Below, in pieces: positions 19,425 through 29,330 of a stretch of DNA of 64,000 bases. The stretch covers positions 1 to 64,000 of IMG/VR virus record IMGVR_UViG_3300021440_000013, one strand, 5' to 3'. Position 1 is the first letter of the stretch, and each line of letters opens with the position of its first letter. The position numbers were made by a program, and so were the translations under genes. The notes beneath the pieces are model-generated. The model made no database searches. It was not told the DNA's origin and saw only the letters and a program-made list of their open reading frames with translations.

Positions 19425-19455
19425 CGATCCATAGGCTTTGAGGCCTATGGATCGT
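19424..19455. terminator. Hairpin immediately after the tnpB stop
   Basis: ACGATCCATAGGC-TTTGAG-GCCTATGGATCGT, perfect 13-bp stem; no T tract. Confidence 0.5.
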
Positions 19456-19842
19456 CGTGTCTGTACAAATGCTATTCAACGTCAGCTTGAAGAATTAACC
19501 GCAATTGTCAAACAAAAGTTTGACAGCATGAGCGCTTTGCAACAGCTGTATTTCAAGGGAATTCACAGTCGTGTCGACTTGATTCGGGCATGCCCGATCG
19601 AGAAGATGAGCCACCTTCTCGAGGAATTAAACCTCGTCGACCAATTTATTAAGGTCGTCGAGCAGGCTTTTAAAGATATTGAAAGACCCGCCCGTGAACA
19701 CAGATCTGCTGGCCGCCCTGATGTGACTTGGCATCAGGAGCAAAATCAGTTTCACCGCCAGCAATGGCAAATGCTGCATCAAGAAACTGTGAACCAGTTT
19801 CAACATCAGCAACACATGCAGCAGCAGCAGCATTTTTACTAA
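19447..19842 (+). CDS. Hypothetical protein with Q/H-rich C-terminus
   Basis: ORF 19438..19842, ATG at 19447; followed by hairpin 19848..19878. Confidence 0.55.
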   Translation: MDRRVCTNAIQRQLEELTAIVKQKFDSMSALQQLYFKGIHSRVDLIRACPIEKMSHLLEELNLVDQFIKVVEQAFKDIERPAREHRSAGRPDVTWHQEQNQFHRQQWQMLHQETVNQFQHQQHMQQQQHFY

Positions 19843-19894
19843 ACCCTACGAGGGGTGTGTATTTGGCACACCCCTCGTCTATGGAGTATACCAG

Positions 19895-20023
19895 ATGTCA
19901 TTGATTGAACAACAATTGAAGGCCAACAGCGCTAAGCTCGCCACGGCCTTTAGTGAGTATAAAAGCTTCTGCGCCACTGAGCAGCAGAAGCTGGCTGCCC
20001 TTAAGCTTATGCTCACCAAGTAA
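19895..20023 (+). CDS. Small helical protein (42 aa), not in ORF track
   Basis: GGAG SD; MSLIEQQLKANSAKLATAFSEYKSFCATEQQKLAALKLMLTK*. Confidence 0.55.
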   Translation: MSLIEQQLKANSAKLATAFSEYKSFCATEQQKLAALKLMLTK

Positions 20024-20100
20024 GGAGCACGTCATGAAAGTCCAAACGACAGGACCAGGCGGGTGTTTATACACCCCCTGGTTTTCTTTTTTGTTTAAAA

Positions 20101-20137
20101 AGAAAAAAGGACTGACTCCCAACAAAGGGAGTCAGTC
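20101..20137 (-). terminator. Intrinsic terminator (minus strand)
   Basis: GACTGACTCCC-TTTGTT-GGGAGTCAGTC then CTTTTTT on the minus strand. Confidence 0.8.
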
Positions 20138-20251
20138 TTAAAGAACGGAGAGCTCAATACAACCAGGCGTTAGCACGTCCCACACCCTCGAGGGAAGGGT
20201 GCTCACAGATTGTCCAGACCCGCGAAATGCTTTCACCACAAGATAAATGTT

Positions 20252-21991
20252 TCAAAGATCGTCAAAGTAACCCAGTGCGGCCTGTGGCGGCGGCAATCCA
20301 TGCATCACCGACACATACTCAAGTGCATTCACATGCCCCTGCATGAGGTTAATATTCTGACACCGAAACTGAACTTCATCCACACCAACGATATCGACGA
20401 TCTCTTTGACGGTCGTTTCACGAGACACATTACCGACCGCTGTACAGCTTGGATAGGCTGACACAGCATCAGAGTCATAGACAAAACACCGGATCAGGCT
20501 GTGAAGTCTAGGGTTTTCAAGAATACACTGTCGACCCAGCACAGACATATGTGCAGGAAGTGTTACAATCCATCCCCGTAAAGACATGATTTCTGTCTTT
20601 TCAACATAGCGCTCTTCGTCCCCTGTGTTTTCTTCATCCTCGTCTTCAACGATTTCATCATCTGCCTCTTCGACAATCTTAGCGCGTGGAGGAATCGTGC
20701 CGATCACTTTTCCTCTTTCTAGGAGGAAAAAGTGATAGCTATCAGCAAACCGCTTAGTCTGCTTATCGAAGAACATAAAGTCAGACACATCTGAGTTCAC
20801 CGGAACGGAGGATTGAAGATCGTTGTTTTTCTCTTCTAACTCCACCATCCCGATACAGTCAAACATGTTGTAGACAATGTATTCAAAAGGATACTTTGAC
20901 TGCATGAGCTCATGCCACTCTAGCTCAACATACCCTTCAGCTTCTTGAAAGTTAAGTTTTCTTAACCCGAGTTCATCATTGAGGATACTGTCAAGTTTGT
21001 ATTCAGGGCGTTCCTGTTCACCTTGTCGAACAAATCGAAACGCACACATCGCATCGATTACGTAAAAACCCGATGGACAGATAAGGGTGTGCCACTGCTC
21101 CGATGGGTTCTTGGGTTTGACCTGTCCGGATGCGGTGATCTTCTTGGTTGAGCCTTTCTTATACCGTGAAAAGCGAAACTCAGTGGGTAGTTTTGGATCA
21201 CTGAAGACCTCTTTGGGGTCAACGCCATATTTTTCAAGCGTCTCAATGATACGCGGTATGTCGAAGTCGATGTTCCAGATGGCTAAGAAATCCGGAACCA
21301 ACTCATGTGCTTTAGCAAAGACCCCTTTAATCAGATCGACCGGTGTCGCGCACTCCGTAAAGACGATCTCATAGTGATGCTTGTCGATGTAGGTCTGAAG
21401 GTATTTTTTAACGGCTTGATCAAGCTGGTGTGTTGGGTTACTGTACCCAGCGATAAAGCTCGTAAGGCAAAAGGTGTAAATCGTCTTACCAAAGATCAGC
21501 GTGGCGAGAATAGGGTCATTGGTGCCGTGGAGCACGTCCGTCTCGATGTCAAAGAAACTCACCGTGAAGGGCGAAACAAGATCAGGAAACTTCTTTCTAT
21601 ATTCGTATTTGATAATTGAACTACTGGAGACATCAGAGCCGTAAAGATAGGGTGACTCAGCGAGCTGCTGAAGCTCAGCAGTGGACCACGCCTCATCGAG
21701 CGCCTTAGCCACACTACGACGCAGGTTCGATTGAGTGCATTCAAAACGAAGGAGTTTATCGACGACTTCGTATTCTTTTTTTTGCTGGTGATTACGGTAG
21801 GGTTTTTTAGTGACCCAGAAGGGACGCTTAAAGTCAAAAATATACCGGATGTTAGGTTTAACCGTTCCGTCATCGTAATGGATGACTTCTTTGATGAGGT
21901 GAAGGTCTTGTCTATCGGCTTGGCGTGTCGGGATATGGACAACAAACCGACACTCCCGACCAACTTCTTTTTTAACTTCTTCTAGAGCCAT
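20252..21991 (-). CDS. Split family-B DNA polymerase, exonuclease + motif A subunit (phiKZ gp82-like)
   Basis: ExoI FFDIETD, ExoII WNIDFD, ExoIII YNMFD, pol motif A DAVSAYPS; no motif B or C. Confidence 0.85.
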   Translation of the reverse strand: MALEEVKKEVGRECRFVVHIPTRQADRQDLHLIKEVIHYDDGTVKPNIRYIFDFKRPFWVTKKPYRNHQQKKEYEVVDKLLRFECTQSNLRRSVAKALDEAWSTAELQQLAESPYLYGSDVSSSSIIKYEYRKKFPDLVSPFTVSFFDIETDVLHGTNDPILATLIFGKTIYTFCLTSFIAGYSNPTHQLDQAVKKYLQTYIDKHHYEIVFTECATPVDLIKGVFAKAHELVPDFLAIWNIDFDIPRIIETLEKYGVDPKEVFSDPKLPTEFRFSRYKKGSTKKITASGQVKPKNPSEQWHTLICPSGFYVIDAMCAFRFVRQGEQERPEYKLDSILNDELGLRKLNFQEAEGYVELEWHELMQSKYPFEYIVYNMFDCIGMVELEEKNNDLQSSVPVNSDVSDFMFFDKQTKRFADSYHFFLLERGKVIGTIPPRAKIVEEADDEIVEDEDEENTGDEERYVEKTEIMSLRGWIVTLPAHMSVLGRQCILENPRLHSLIRCFVYDSDAVSAYPSCTAVGNVSRETTVKEIVDIVGVDEVQFRCQNINLMQGHVNALEYVSVMHGLPPPQAALGYFDDL

Positions 21992-22093
21992 TTTTGGTAT
22001 CCTAAGATTGTGTGGTTAATCCGGGAGGAGTCACCTCATCTTGGATCGGTAAAGGTTTTTGATTGGATCAATCGGAATAAGGATATTTCTACT

Positions 22094-23416
22094 ATGGAAC
22101 TTACGCTTAAGCGGCCAACGCGACTGATGGCGCTGGAAACGATCACGGTGCAAGACGATGGCTTTGGTGAACGCCTTGAGTCACTGATGCGCCTTCTTTG
22201 TGAAGATATTAACCACAACGTCATCACACGCCCTTCGGATACGATCGATCACCCGGTACTGAAGAAACTCGAGTCAGAGATCTTCTCACGCCTGGGTATC
22301 AAGGCCAAGATCATCACAACGAGCCATGCGGCAGCGGTCATCCCGTTTTACGCTAATAAAAACCACGTCTTCCTGAATGAATATATTCGAGGTGACTTTA
22401 ACATCCGTGAGCAGCAAAAGCTCTTGAAGAATATGCAGGGTAAGCGCGGTACGGTGGATTTGGATAAAGCCAAAGTCACCGGGATCTTCAGTGAATACGT
22501 CCATCCGGTTTATTTGAATTTCTTCTTTCTCGTTAAGACGATGGGGATGAGTGCGGCGCAGATCGCCGCCGTCACGCTTCACGAACTGGGACACGCTTTT
22601 TACGCATGCTATTACGCTAACCGTACCGATGAGACCAATCAAGTTTTAGCCAGTATCGCTAAAAACATCATGGGGACCGAAACCGGCGAAGTAGAGTATA
22701 TCTACCGCGAGCTTGAAAAGATCAACCCGAGCGTCACTAAGGGTGAGATCGATAAGATGCTCAATGGACCTCGGGTGGTGGCCGGCGCAACATGGTTTAA
22801 GATCGTGGTAGGAATTGTGCGTAGTCAGTTTGTGGATGACACGTATAACCAGACTGCCTTTGAGCAAAGAGCCGATAATTTTGCCGCACGCTTTGGCTAC
22901 GGCAAAGAAATCGTTTTAGCGCTCGATAAGCTTTATCAGTTTGCACCAGAGAAAAACAGCTCAATGCGTTTGTTTGTGCAGATGGTCTCCGCCACTACGT
23001 TTATTGTGGGCTGCCTTTTGATTTTCTCACTGATTGCGACGGCATCGGTTGGGGTGGCGCTTTTCTTTGCGGTGATGAAGTTTATTATGCTGCAAACCCA
23101 CCGTGAAGACATGAAAGATCACACGTACGACAATTTGAAGATGCGCTACCTTCGCATCCGCCAAGACGTCATCGACCAACTCAAGGATAAGGAGCTCGAC
23201 AAGACCCAGGTCAAGGAGATGATCGATGTGATCACTGAGCTCGATTATTCGATCAAGACCACCTCCACGGTTAAGGTTTTGCCTGAGTACGTCGCCAACT
23301 TTCTTTTCTCGGGTGCACGCCAAGCCGAGAAATCCATCACTGATCAGCAGCTGATGGAAGAGCTCGCTTCAAACGAGCTCTTTGTTCAAGCAGCACAATT
23401 CCGAGTCGAACACTAA
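22094..23416 (+). CDS. Virion protein with zincin HEXXH motif (gp84-like position)
   Basis: LHELGH...FEQRADNFA; hydrophobic helices near the C-terminus; ALE site near the N-terminus; ATG 22094 with AAGGA SD. Confidence 0.65.
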   Translation: MELTLKRPTRLMALETITVQDDGFGERLESLMRLLCEDINHNVITRPSDTIDHPVLKKLESEIFSRLGIKAKIITTSHAAAVIPFYANKNHVFLNEYIRGDFNIREQQKLLKNMQGKRGTVDLDKAKVTGIFSEYVHPVYLNFFFLVKTMGMSAAQIAAVTLHELGHAFYACYYANRTDETNQVLASIAKNIMGTETGEVEYIYRELEKINPSVTKGEIDKMLNGPRVVAGATWFKIVVGIVRSQFVDDTYNQTAFEQRADNFAARFGYGKEIVLALDKLYQFAPEKNSSMRLFVQMVSATTFIVGCLLIFSLIATASVGVALFFAVMKFIMLQTHREDMKDHTYDNLKMRYLRIRQDVIDQLKDKELDKTQVKEMIDVITELDYSIKTTSTVKVLPEYVANFLFSGARQAEKSITDQQLMEELASNELFVQAAQFRVEH

Positions 23417-23446
23417 ACACCCCACACTTTTTAAGGAGACTCTCTA

Positions 23447-23980
23447 ATGAGCGCCAATCTGTACTACCTGGCTAAACATAGCCGTCAAACGATCGATTTT
23501 CTGAATAGCATCGCGAATTCTGGATGTAATCGGTCCAAGTCTTTTGAAGTGGCGGTTGCTTATTCGCTCGCCTCAAAGCTCGCTCTTCCGACCGATAAAG
23601 TCGATGATATCACGATGTATTTCCGCATTCAACACGAAGCGGCTATCCTTGGCCGACTGAATCACTTGAACGAAATTCTTCCCTTTAACACCAAAGCCGC
23701 TAAAGAAGCCGCGAAGGCTTTTTATAACCTTCGTGTTTATCAGGCCAATCCGGCCGAGATTCCGCTTGCGTTCATTAAAGGCCAAGAGCTTAAGGATTTC
23801 TTCGGGATCAATCATTGCCTGCCGGCCGAGGTCATCGAGACGATTGAAAACGAAGGCGGTAAGATCACCAATCTTCTAAATGGTGTCGCTCAGTTCTATA
23901 AGGAAATCCAGGAGAAACGCGTGAAGGATGTCCAGTCCTACATTAGCCAGCGATCCGAAGATGTCTACACCGCAAACTAA
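23447..23980 (+). CDS. Putative virion/head protein
   Basis: 177 aa, AAGGAG SD, inside the structural cluster. Confidence 0.6.
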   Translation: MSANLYYLAKHSRQTIDFLNSIANSGCNRSKSFEVAVAYSLASKLALPTDKVDDITMYFRIQHEAAILGRLNHLNEILPFNTKAAKEAAKAFYNLRVYQANPAEIPLAFIKGQELKDFFGINHCLPAEVIETIENEGGKITNLLNGVAQFYKEIQEKRVKDVQSYISQRSEDVYTAN

Positions 23981-23992
23981 GAGGAGCTCACC

Positions 23993-25099
23993 ATGAGCCT
24001 CAATGACGAAGCGGTTGAAGATCTTGACGTCGATGTGGTTAAGGAGCCCGGTGAAGAGCCGGGTGAAAACCCAGCGCAGAGTACGATCGAAGTGATCGTG
24101 TCGCCTAACAGCACGGGTGAGACATCGGAAGAGCGTGCCGCCATCAGTGATCTGGATGAAAACCACGTGCTTCTTCAGACCGTCGAGAAGGGCGTTACAC
24201 GCGTCCACGACATGGAAGATGTCGTGACCACGGTTCTTTCTGAAGAATCGATCTCACGTACGACTGCGCGTACGCTGGCGGCCTGCTTTGAAGACTTTGC
24301 CGAAGCGGTCGCTAAGCCGATCGAGTTTACCGAAAGACCTACCGCCACGAATCTGAAAGTGACGCAGGCTTTCATTAAAACGCGCTATACCGAAGAAAAA
24401 GAAAAGCTGGTCGATAGTTTTTCTAAATACCTTCACTCGACACTGGGTTCGATCAAGTGTGTTGTCGGTGAAATCGAAAACAAGCTACTGCCCGAAGCGC
24501 ACGTTACGCTAGAGGCGCTGCGTGTTCAGGCACTGGCGGATCTAGCCAGTGTTCCGCTATCCAAAGCGTTTTATCTTTACAACAAAGAAAAAACACTGAC
24601 GGACTTGCGTGCTCGTCCGATCGATTACACGGTTGAGAAGGAGGATTTTCCTGATGTGGATTTATCGATCTTTCCTTCAAATGCGTTGACACGCGCCCTT
24701 CACACGGAGGTTTCGAACCCCATCATTCGAAACCTCTTGCGCCTAAGTGAACTTCAACTCAATGACCCTCGGCGTCTTGTCAGGATGTTTAGAACCGAAG
24801 GCGAATACCAGGTGCTGACCTACCAGAAGCTCCTTGGCGTATATGCAAGCGGCGGCTTTTTGACGGTGTTCACTAAAGTAGGTGAGTTTTACAAAGGCGA
24901 AGCTCAGCGTGTGCTCGGCCTCCTTGAGAAAGATTTTTCTGAGGGACAGACCTACACGTTTGAAGAGGTTCAGGAAGCCATTGAGCCTTTGTCGGATTTC
25001 GTTAATGAGATCGCGCTTTTTCATAACGTTCTTCTGAGCACCAGGACGTTCTTTATGCTCTCCGGTGAACTCTTGTCACACTACCGTAAACTTCTGTAA
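23993..25099 (+). CDS. Putative internal head protein
   Basis: 368 aa, GAGGAG SD, acidic N-terminus, SEESI site. Confidence 0.6.
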   Translation: MSLNDEAVEDLDVDVVKEPGEEPGENPAQSTIEVIVSPNSTGETSEERAAISDLDENHVLLQTVEKGVTRVHDMEDVVTTVLSEESISRTTARTLAACFEDFAEAVAKPIEFTERPTATNLKVTQAFIKTRYTEEKEKLVDSFSKYLHSTLGSIKCVVGEIENKLLPEAHVTLEALRVQALADLASVPLSKAFYLYNKEKTLTDLRARPIDYTVEKEDFPDVDLSIFPSNALTRALHTEVSNPIIRNLLRLSELQLNDPRRLVRMFRTEGEYQVLTYQKLLGVYASGGFLTVFTKVGEFYKGEAQRVLGLLEKDFSEGQTYTFEEVQEAIEPLSDFVNEIALFHNVLLSTRTFFMLSGELLSHYRKLL

Positions 25100-25103
25100 A
25101 ACT

Positions 25104-25135
25104 TTAGAGAGGAGGGTTTAGACCCTCCTCTCTAA
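25104..25135. terminator. Bidirectional terminator hairpin
   Basis: TTAGAGAGGAGGG-TTTAGA-CCCTCCTCTCTAA. Confidence 0.8.
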
Positions 25136-25143
25136 GTATGACT

Positions 25144-28068
25144 TTAATCCATCTTATTCCACTCGAAAACAACCGCGTCACTAACGAGCGTCGTCTTATC
25201 GGGCTGCACCACCAGTTCTTTTTTGATACACAGTTTCGTATTGGGATTCACCAGACGCACCACCTGGTAATTCGAACCCCCTCCCAGACCACTGAGACGC
25301 ACCGAACTGACAGAGTCAGCATAATAGACACGGAGATAATCTTCAATCTCCGATACGTTTACTCGATTCTGACCGATGTAGGTGTTAAGGATCTCGATGG
25401 TCGATCGTTCAAGCTTTTCTCGTACCGCAAGATTTTCGTAGATAGCTTTAGGTACGTAGAGCGAAACAGTAAGGACTTGCTCGGCGTCTAAATAATCCTC
25501 GGCATCGTTCGGCGTATAAACACGTACCAGACCCAGCGTCGTCTTAGGGTAAAAGTAAATCCGTGTCTGCTCTAAAAGTTCTTCAGAGATTGCGCCAAGA
25601 CCATCCACGATCCAGTCTGTCAGGATCGATTCAATTTCTTTTCGATAACTCACGGTTGCTGTATCGGTTGCAAAGAAGTAGCGCGCATCCACAACAAGCA
25701 GGTCACACTCACGCCCCGTCTTAAGATCAACGTCATAGACAGGTTCGCCCGACTCATCTAAGAGTACGTCTCCGGCCCGGTACTTATAGACCGGGTTTCC
25801 ATTCGTATCAAGAACCGGTTCTCCTACCCGGTGTAGGTACTGGTAGACGATCTCACCGTTTTCGATCGTAAAGGCACTTCCTGTAACGGGATCGGCATTA
25901 AAAACAACCTCTTCGTAAAGGAGTGGAACATCAACCTGATGGGTTCGGTAGATGCGGTCTGTTTTAAAAGACCGCGAGCGCGACCACAAGTTTTTAAGCG
26001 CATCACCAAAATGAAGGGTGAGCTTTTCAAGACTGTTGCCAACATGTCCCGGTGTAAGAAGAAACTTACCCAGAAGCAGGTCAGTTGCATCGTACGTAAA
26101 GTTTTCAGTCAGTGAGTTCGTGTGATGGATCAGGTTAAACTCAGTGGTTAGATCCACCCACGCTGTATAGTCCGTGATGCCTTGAACTTGACTGTTGGTG
26201 ATAGCAAGAAGATGTTCACTATTTAGATCGTGGTTCGTTTCGATCTTAAAGCTAAAGGTGCGCTCACCGTCCGAGCCTTTGGTTTCGAGTACGCCATTGA
26301 TGTATGCGTAGGTTGATTCACCCATGGGGTTAAACGCAAGCTGAACACCGATCTGTCCATTATCCAAGTTCTGATAATAGTTACCGCTCTTCGTTGTGAT
26401 CTTGAGAATAAAGCCGTCACTGACCTTTGTGATGCTGTACGCACCCGTGTTTACAAAGAGCTGAAGTGTTTGGTTTTGCCTAACGAAATTAAGGTCTTTC
26501 GCATAGGGCTGATCGAGCGCATAGGAGCGAATCTCAAACTCATCCCCACTTGCATCGAACACCGTGTAAAAGGGCGTGTAAAGATAGCTACCGCTATTAA
26601 CAGCGTCCACCATGGCGGTTTGATTAAGCGCGTAGAGCTGATTAATCTCAGCGCTGTCCATGAGGCTTAATTTTCCATTCACGCTCTTAAAGAGAGATTT
26701 AGAGAGAATGGTGGCCCTTGCACCATTACCAACAACGCTGCTCTTAGCCACGAGCTCTTCTAAGGAGCTCGTGAAGGTCACGATACCGATGTTTGCCGGC
26801 GTGATCAGTTTGCTGTTTTTTGGTGTGGGGAGTTCACGTGTTGCTTGAAAGACACGATTTGTCACCACGTCAATATTTTTAACGATCTGAAAGCCGTTGT
26901 TTTCGACACTGGCTTCTTGTTGGAAGTTCGTGATCGGAAGCACCTGAGGTCCAACGGAGTTATAAATAACACGTTCACGCAATGTTTCAAAGTCGATCGC
27001 GCTTTTACCACCAGTGACTACATCGAGACTATAGCAGTAGTATGAAACCCCGGCCATGGCGTTGGTGTAGTTAGAAAGATCGCGCTCCTCATCGATCGCT
27101 TTGAGTTCAACTACAAAAGCATCTTGACGATAGTTCTGGAGGTTAAGTGATAGTTCACCCTTTGTGGTATAGAGGTCTACACGAAGCTGACCACTGATCA
27201 ACCCACTGGTGATATACACAGCAGGGATTTCCACCAACACCGTGTCTTCCAGCACTTTTAGAAGCGCCGTGGGCTTGGTGATATCGAAAACCTGCTCGCT
27301 GTGTGTGGTGAGGATCTCAACCCATTCTTTAGCCGTGTTTTCATTTTGATAGAAAACACGTGCGTGAAAGAAGTCGTCAGTGTAGACGATAGACTTCTTA
27401 AAGTTGTACGTTTTCTCAATAACGAAGTAGCTTGTTGAGATCGCGGTTTGAAGCGCAGGGATGGTAAAGAAGATCCATTCATCGCCATTGGCAGCGCGCC
27501 GTGAGGTCGGTTCGATGATGGTATTTTTAAGGCTGCTCACCGGGTTACTGATACTCGGATCATAGCTAATTTGCACAACACCGTTGCTATAGCGACGGAT
27601 CACGATGGGGTAGAGTGTGGTAAAGGTCACTCCATCGACCGTGATGGTGGAGTCCCGTGGAAACTCCACCTTGTAGGTTTTTTCAACCGTGTCGTAAACC
27701 ATCTGACTGATGAGATCACTGACTTGAATTGAAAAGGTAAAGTTACCCGTCGCCGGAGAAGCAAAGCGGTTTAGGTAATCTTCGTCGCTCATGTGGTAGT
27801 AGAGCTCTTCGATCGTCACGGCCAATGACGGATACTGTTTACGTAAAAGCGCAGCGTTTTCTTGAATGCAGTTCGAAGCCAGTACCGCGGCCATCTCAAG
27901 AATGAGCACCGCAGGGTTAGTGGCATCAACCAAAAGCGCTTTGTTGTTGGTGATTTCTTCAATGGTTTCAATTTCCGTTTTGATCAACATCGTCGGATCA
28001 AAACGAGCTTCATTAAAGCGTTCACGCACGCTTGAGATCGCGGTGGGAGTATAGTTTGTGAGGTCCAT
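25144..28068 (-). CDS. Baseplate wedge-like virion structural protein (gp87-like)
   Basis: 974 aa; DATNPAVLILE..YPSLA..LY.HMSD..FASPA; GG..IDFETLRERVI resembles baseplate J/gp6 motifs. Confidence 0.7.
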   Translation of the reverse strand: MDLTNYTPTAISSVRERFNEARFDPTMLIKTEIETIEEITNNKALLVDATNPAVLILEMAAVLASNCIQENAALLRKQYPSLAVTIEELYYHMSDEDYLNRFASPATGNFTFSIQVSDLISQMVYDTVEKTYKVEFPRDSTITVDGVTFTTLYPIVIRRYSNGVVQISYDPSISNPVSSLKNTIIEPTSRRAANGDEWIFFTIPALQTAISTSYFVIEKTYNFKKSIVYTDDFFHARVFYQNENTAKEWVEILTTHSEQVFDITKPTALLKVLEDTVLVEIPAVYITSGLISGQLRVDLYTTKGELSLNLQNYRQDAFVVELKAIDEERDLSNYTNAMAGVSYYCYSLDVVTGGKSAIDFETLRERVIYNSVGPQVLPITNFQQEASVENNGFQIVKNIDVVTNRVFQATRELPTPKNSKLITPANIGIVTFTSSLEELVAKSSVVGNGARATILSKSLFKSVNGKLSLMDSAEINQLYALNQTAMVDAVNSGSYLYTPFYTVFDASGDEFEIRSYALDQPYAKDLNFVRQNQTLQLFVNTGAYSITKVSDGFILKITTKSGNYYQNLDNGQIGVQLAFNPMGESTYAYINGVLETKGSDGERTFSFKIETNHDLNSEHLLAITNSQVQGITDYTAWVDLTTEFNLIHHTNSLTENFTYDATDLLLGKFLLTPGHVGNSLEKLTLHFGDALKNLWSRSRSFKTDRIYRTHQVDVPLLYEEVVFNADPVTGSAFTIENGEIVYQYLHRVGEPVLDTNGNPVYKYRAGDVLLDESGEPVYDVDLKTGRECDLLVVDARYFFATDTATVSYRKEIESILTDWIVDGLGAISEELLEQTRIYFYPKTTLGLVRVYTPNDAEDYLDAEQVLTVSLYVPKAIYENLAVREKLERSTIEILNTYIGQNRVNVSEIEDYLRVYYADSVSSVRLSGLGGGSNYQVVRLVNPNTKLCIKKELVVQPDKTTLVSDAVVFEWNKMD

Positions 28069-28073
28069 GGTCT

Positions 28074-29162
28074 TTAATCACCGGTCATGTCGTTATAGGT
28101 GGGATCGTCAGAGATCGAATTCAGGTAATTGCCCGCAACCTTATTATAGGTGTTTAGAAACACCCACCATTCGAGCTCGGTCGTGTCGGGGTTAATTCGA
28201 GGGTAACCGTAGTTATTAAAAGCCTGAATCAGACTGTGTGGGACCTTGATCATGCTGCCACCCCGAAGCTGATCGTGCATGCTCGGGTTAAAGATCACCA
28301 CAGTTTCGTTAAACTCTTTAACTAGGATGTCGTCAAAATAGTCGACCCCCATGCATTTAAAACGCATGGAGATCTCTTGGTTCGCGTCAACGTAGGGTTT
28401 GTCACCCGGAACGTTAAAGGCTTCACCCACCGGCACGCCTGTCGGAAACGCCGCATTACACGCAGTAATCTTTGTAACATACCGGCGCTGGTAATCGAGC
28501 ACCAAGCGATAGATGCGAGTGTTGTAATCGATCTCGTTCTCGGTGATCATATCGAGATACGGAACAAGCTTACCTTCAAAAACCATCGATGCATAAAAAA
28601 CCCAGACATAGAACAGATAAAGAACCGGGTCGCCGCGTGTGTTTCTAAAATTAGCCGTGAGATCGAAGACTTCTTTATTAACGACCCGGCCATCGACCAT
28701 GGCGTAGCCCTCATTATAGAGCCCTGGCGTCGAGGTGAAGGTGGGGACAGAGATATCGGGCCAACCACTGATGCTTGTGAGGTTGTTCGTGAGGATGGGG
28801 ATAAAGGCGTTCATGTTGTCCACGATGGGACAGCTGATCGAAGGGATCGATCCGTTCTGATAATGCACCCCAGCGATCAAGCGTGGATCCAGCATAGTGC
28901 GGATATAGCTTTGGATGCTCACGGGGTTATCTGAGAGTAGCGCGGACATCTGGCGCACATTTCTTAGGTTATCTTTTTGCATGTTGAGCTGAGGCCTTAC
29001 AAAAAAGGTCAAGCCCGGCATATCGCGGTTCATGGGCACCATGCCCTGAACCTGACGATGATTGATTCCTCTTAGGTTATTTAAAATCGCTCGATCTAGG
29101 GAGCCTGAGGGCATCGCAGAGAACAGCTCATCGATTGTTCGTGTGGTGATACTGTCAGCCAT
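28074..29162 (-). CDS. Virion structural protein (gp88-like; tube-initiator/baseplate type)
   Basis: GLTFFVRPQLN..DYNTRIYRLVLD motifs; ATG 29162 likely. Confidence 0.65.
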   Translation of the reverse strand: MADSITTRTIDELFSAMPSGSLDRAILNNLRGINHRQVQGMVPMNRDMPGLTFFVRPQLNMQKDNLRNVRQMSALLSDNPVSIQSYIRTMLDPRLIAGVHYQNGSIPSISCPIVDNMNAFIPILTNNLTSISGWPDISVPTFTSTPGLYNEGYAMVDGRVVNKEVFDLTANFRNTRGDPVLYLFYVWVFYASMVFEGKLVPYLDMITENEIDYNTRIYRLVLDYQRRYVTKITACNAAFPTGVPVGEAFNVPGDKPYVDANQEISMRFKCMGVDYFDDILVKEFNETVVIFNPSMHDQLRGGSMIKVPHSLIQAFNNYGYPRINPDTTELEWWVFLNTYNKVAGNYLNSISDDPTYNDMTGD

Positions 29163-29330
29163 CTTGCTTAAATCCTTCGCTAAAAACAAAAAGCATTTTA
29201 TTCAAAAGGACGGCATGCCAAATATAGTGACCTAGAAAGCGGCTGTAGTGGAGGGTCTTGTCCCTACCCACGCTTTATCCGGCTAATACCGTTTTTATTT
29301 CCTTATCAAAATCCTCGGAGGCACTCCACC

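Noticed and set aside
20034-20141. 35-aa ORF MKVQTTGPGG... with AAGGAG SD
   Set aside because: Runs through two terminator-like hairpins and T/A tracts; coding status unsupported, though not excluded
17980-20250. CRISPR array associated with the TnpB/Cas12f-like gene
   Set aside because: Only unrelated hairpins; no regularly spaced direct repeats seen
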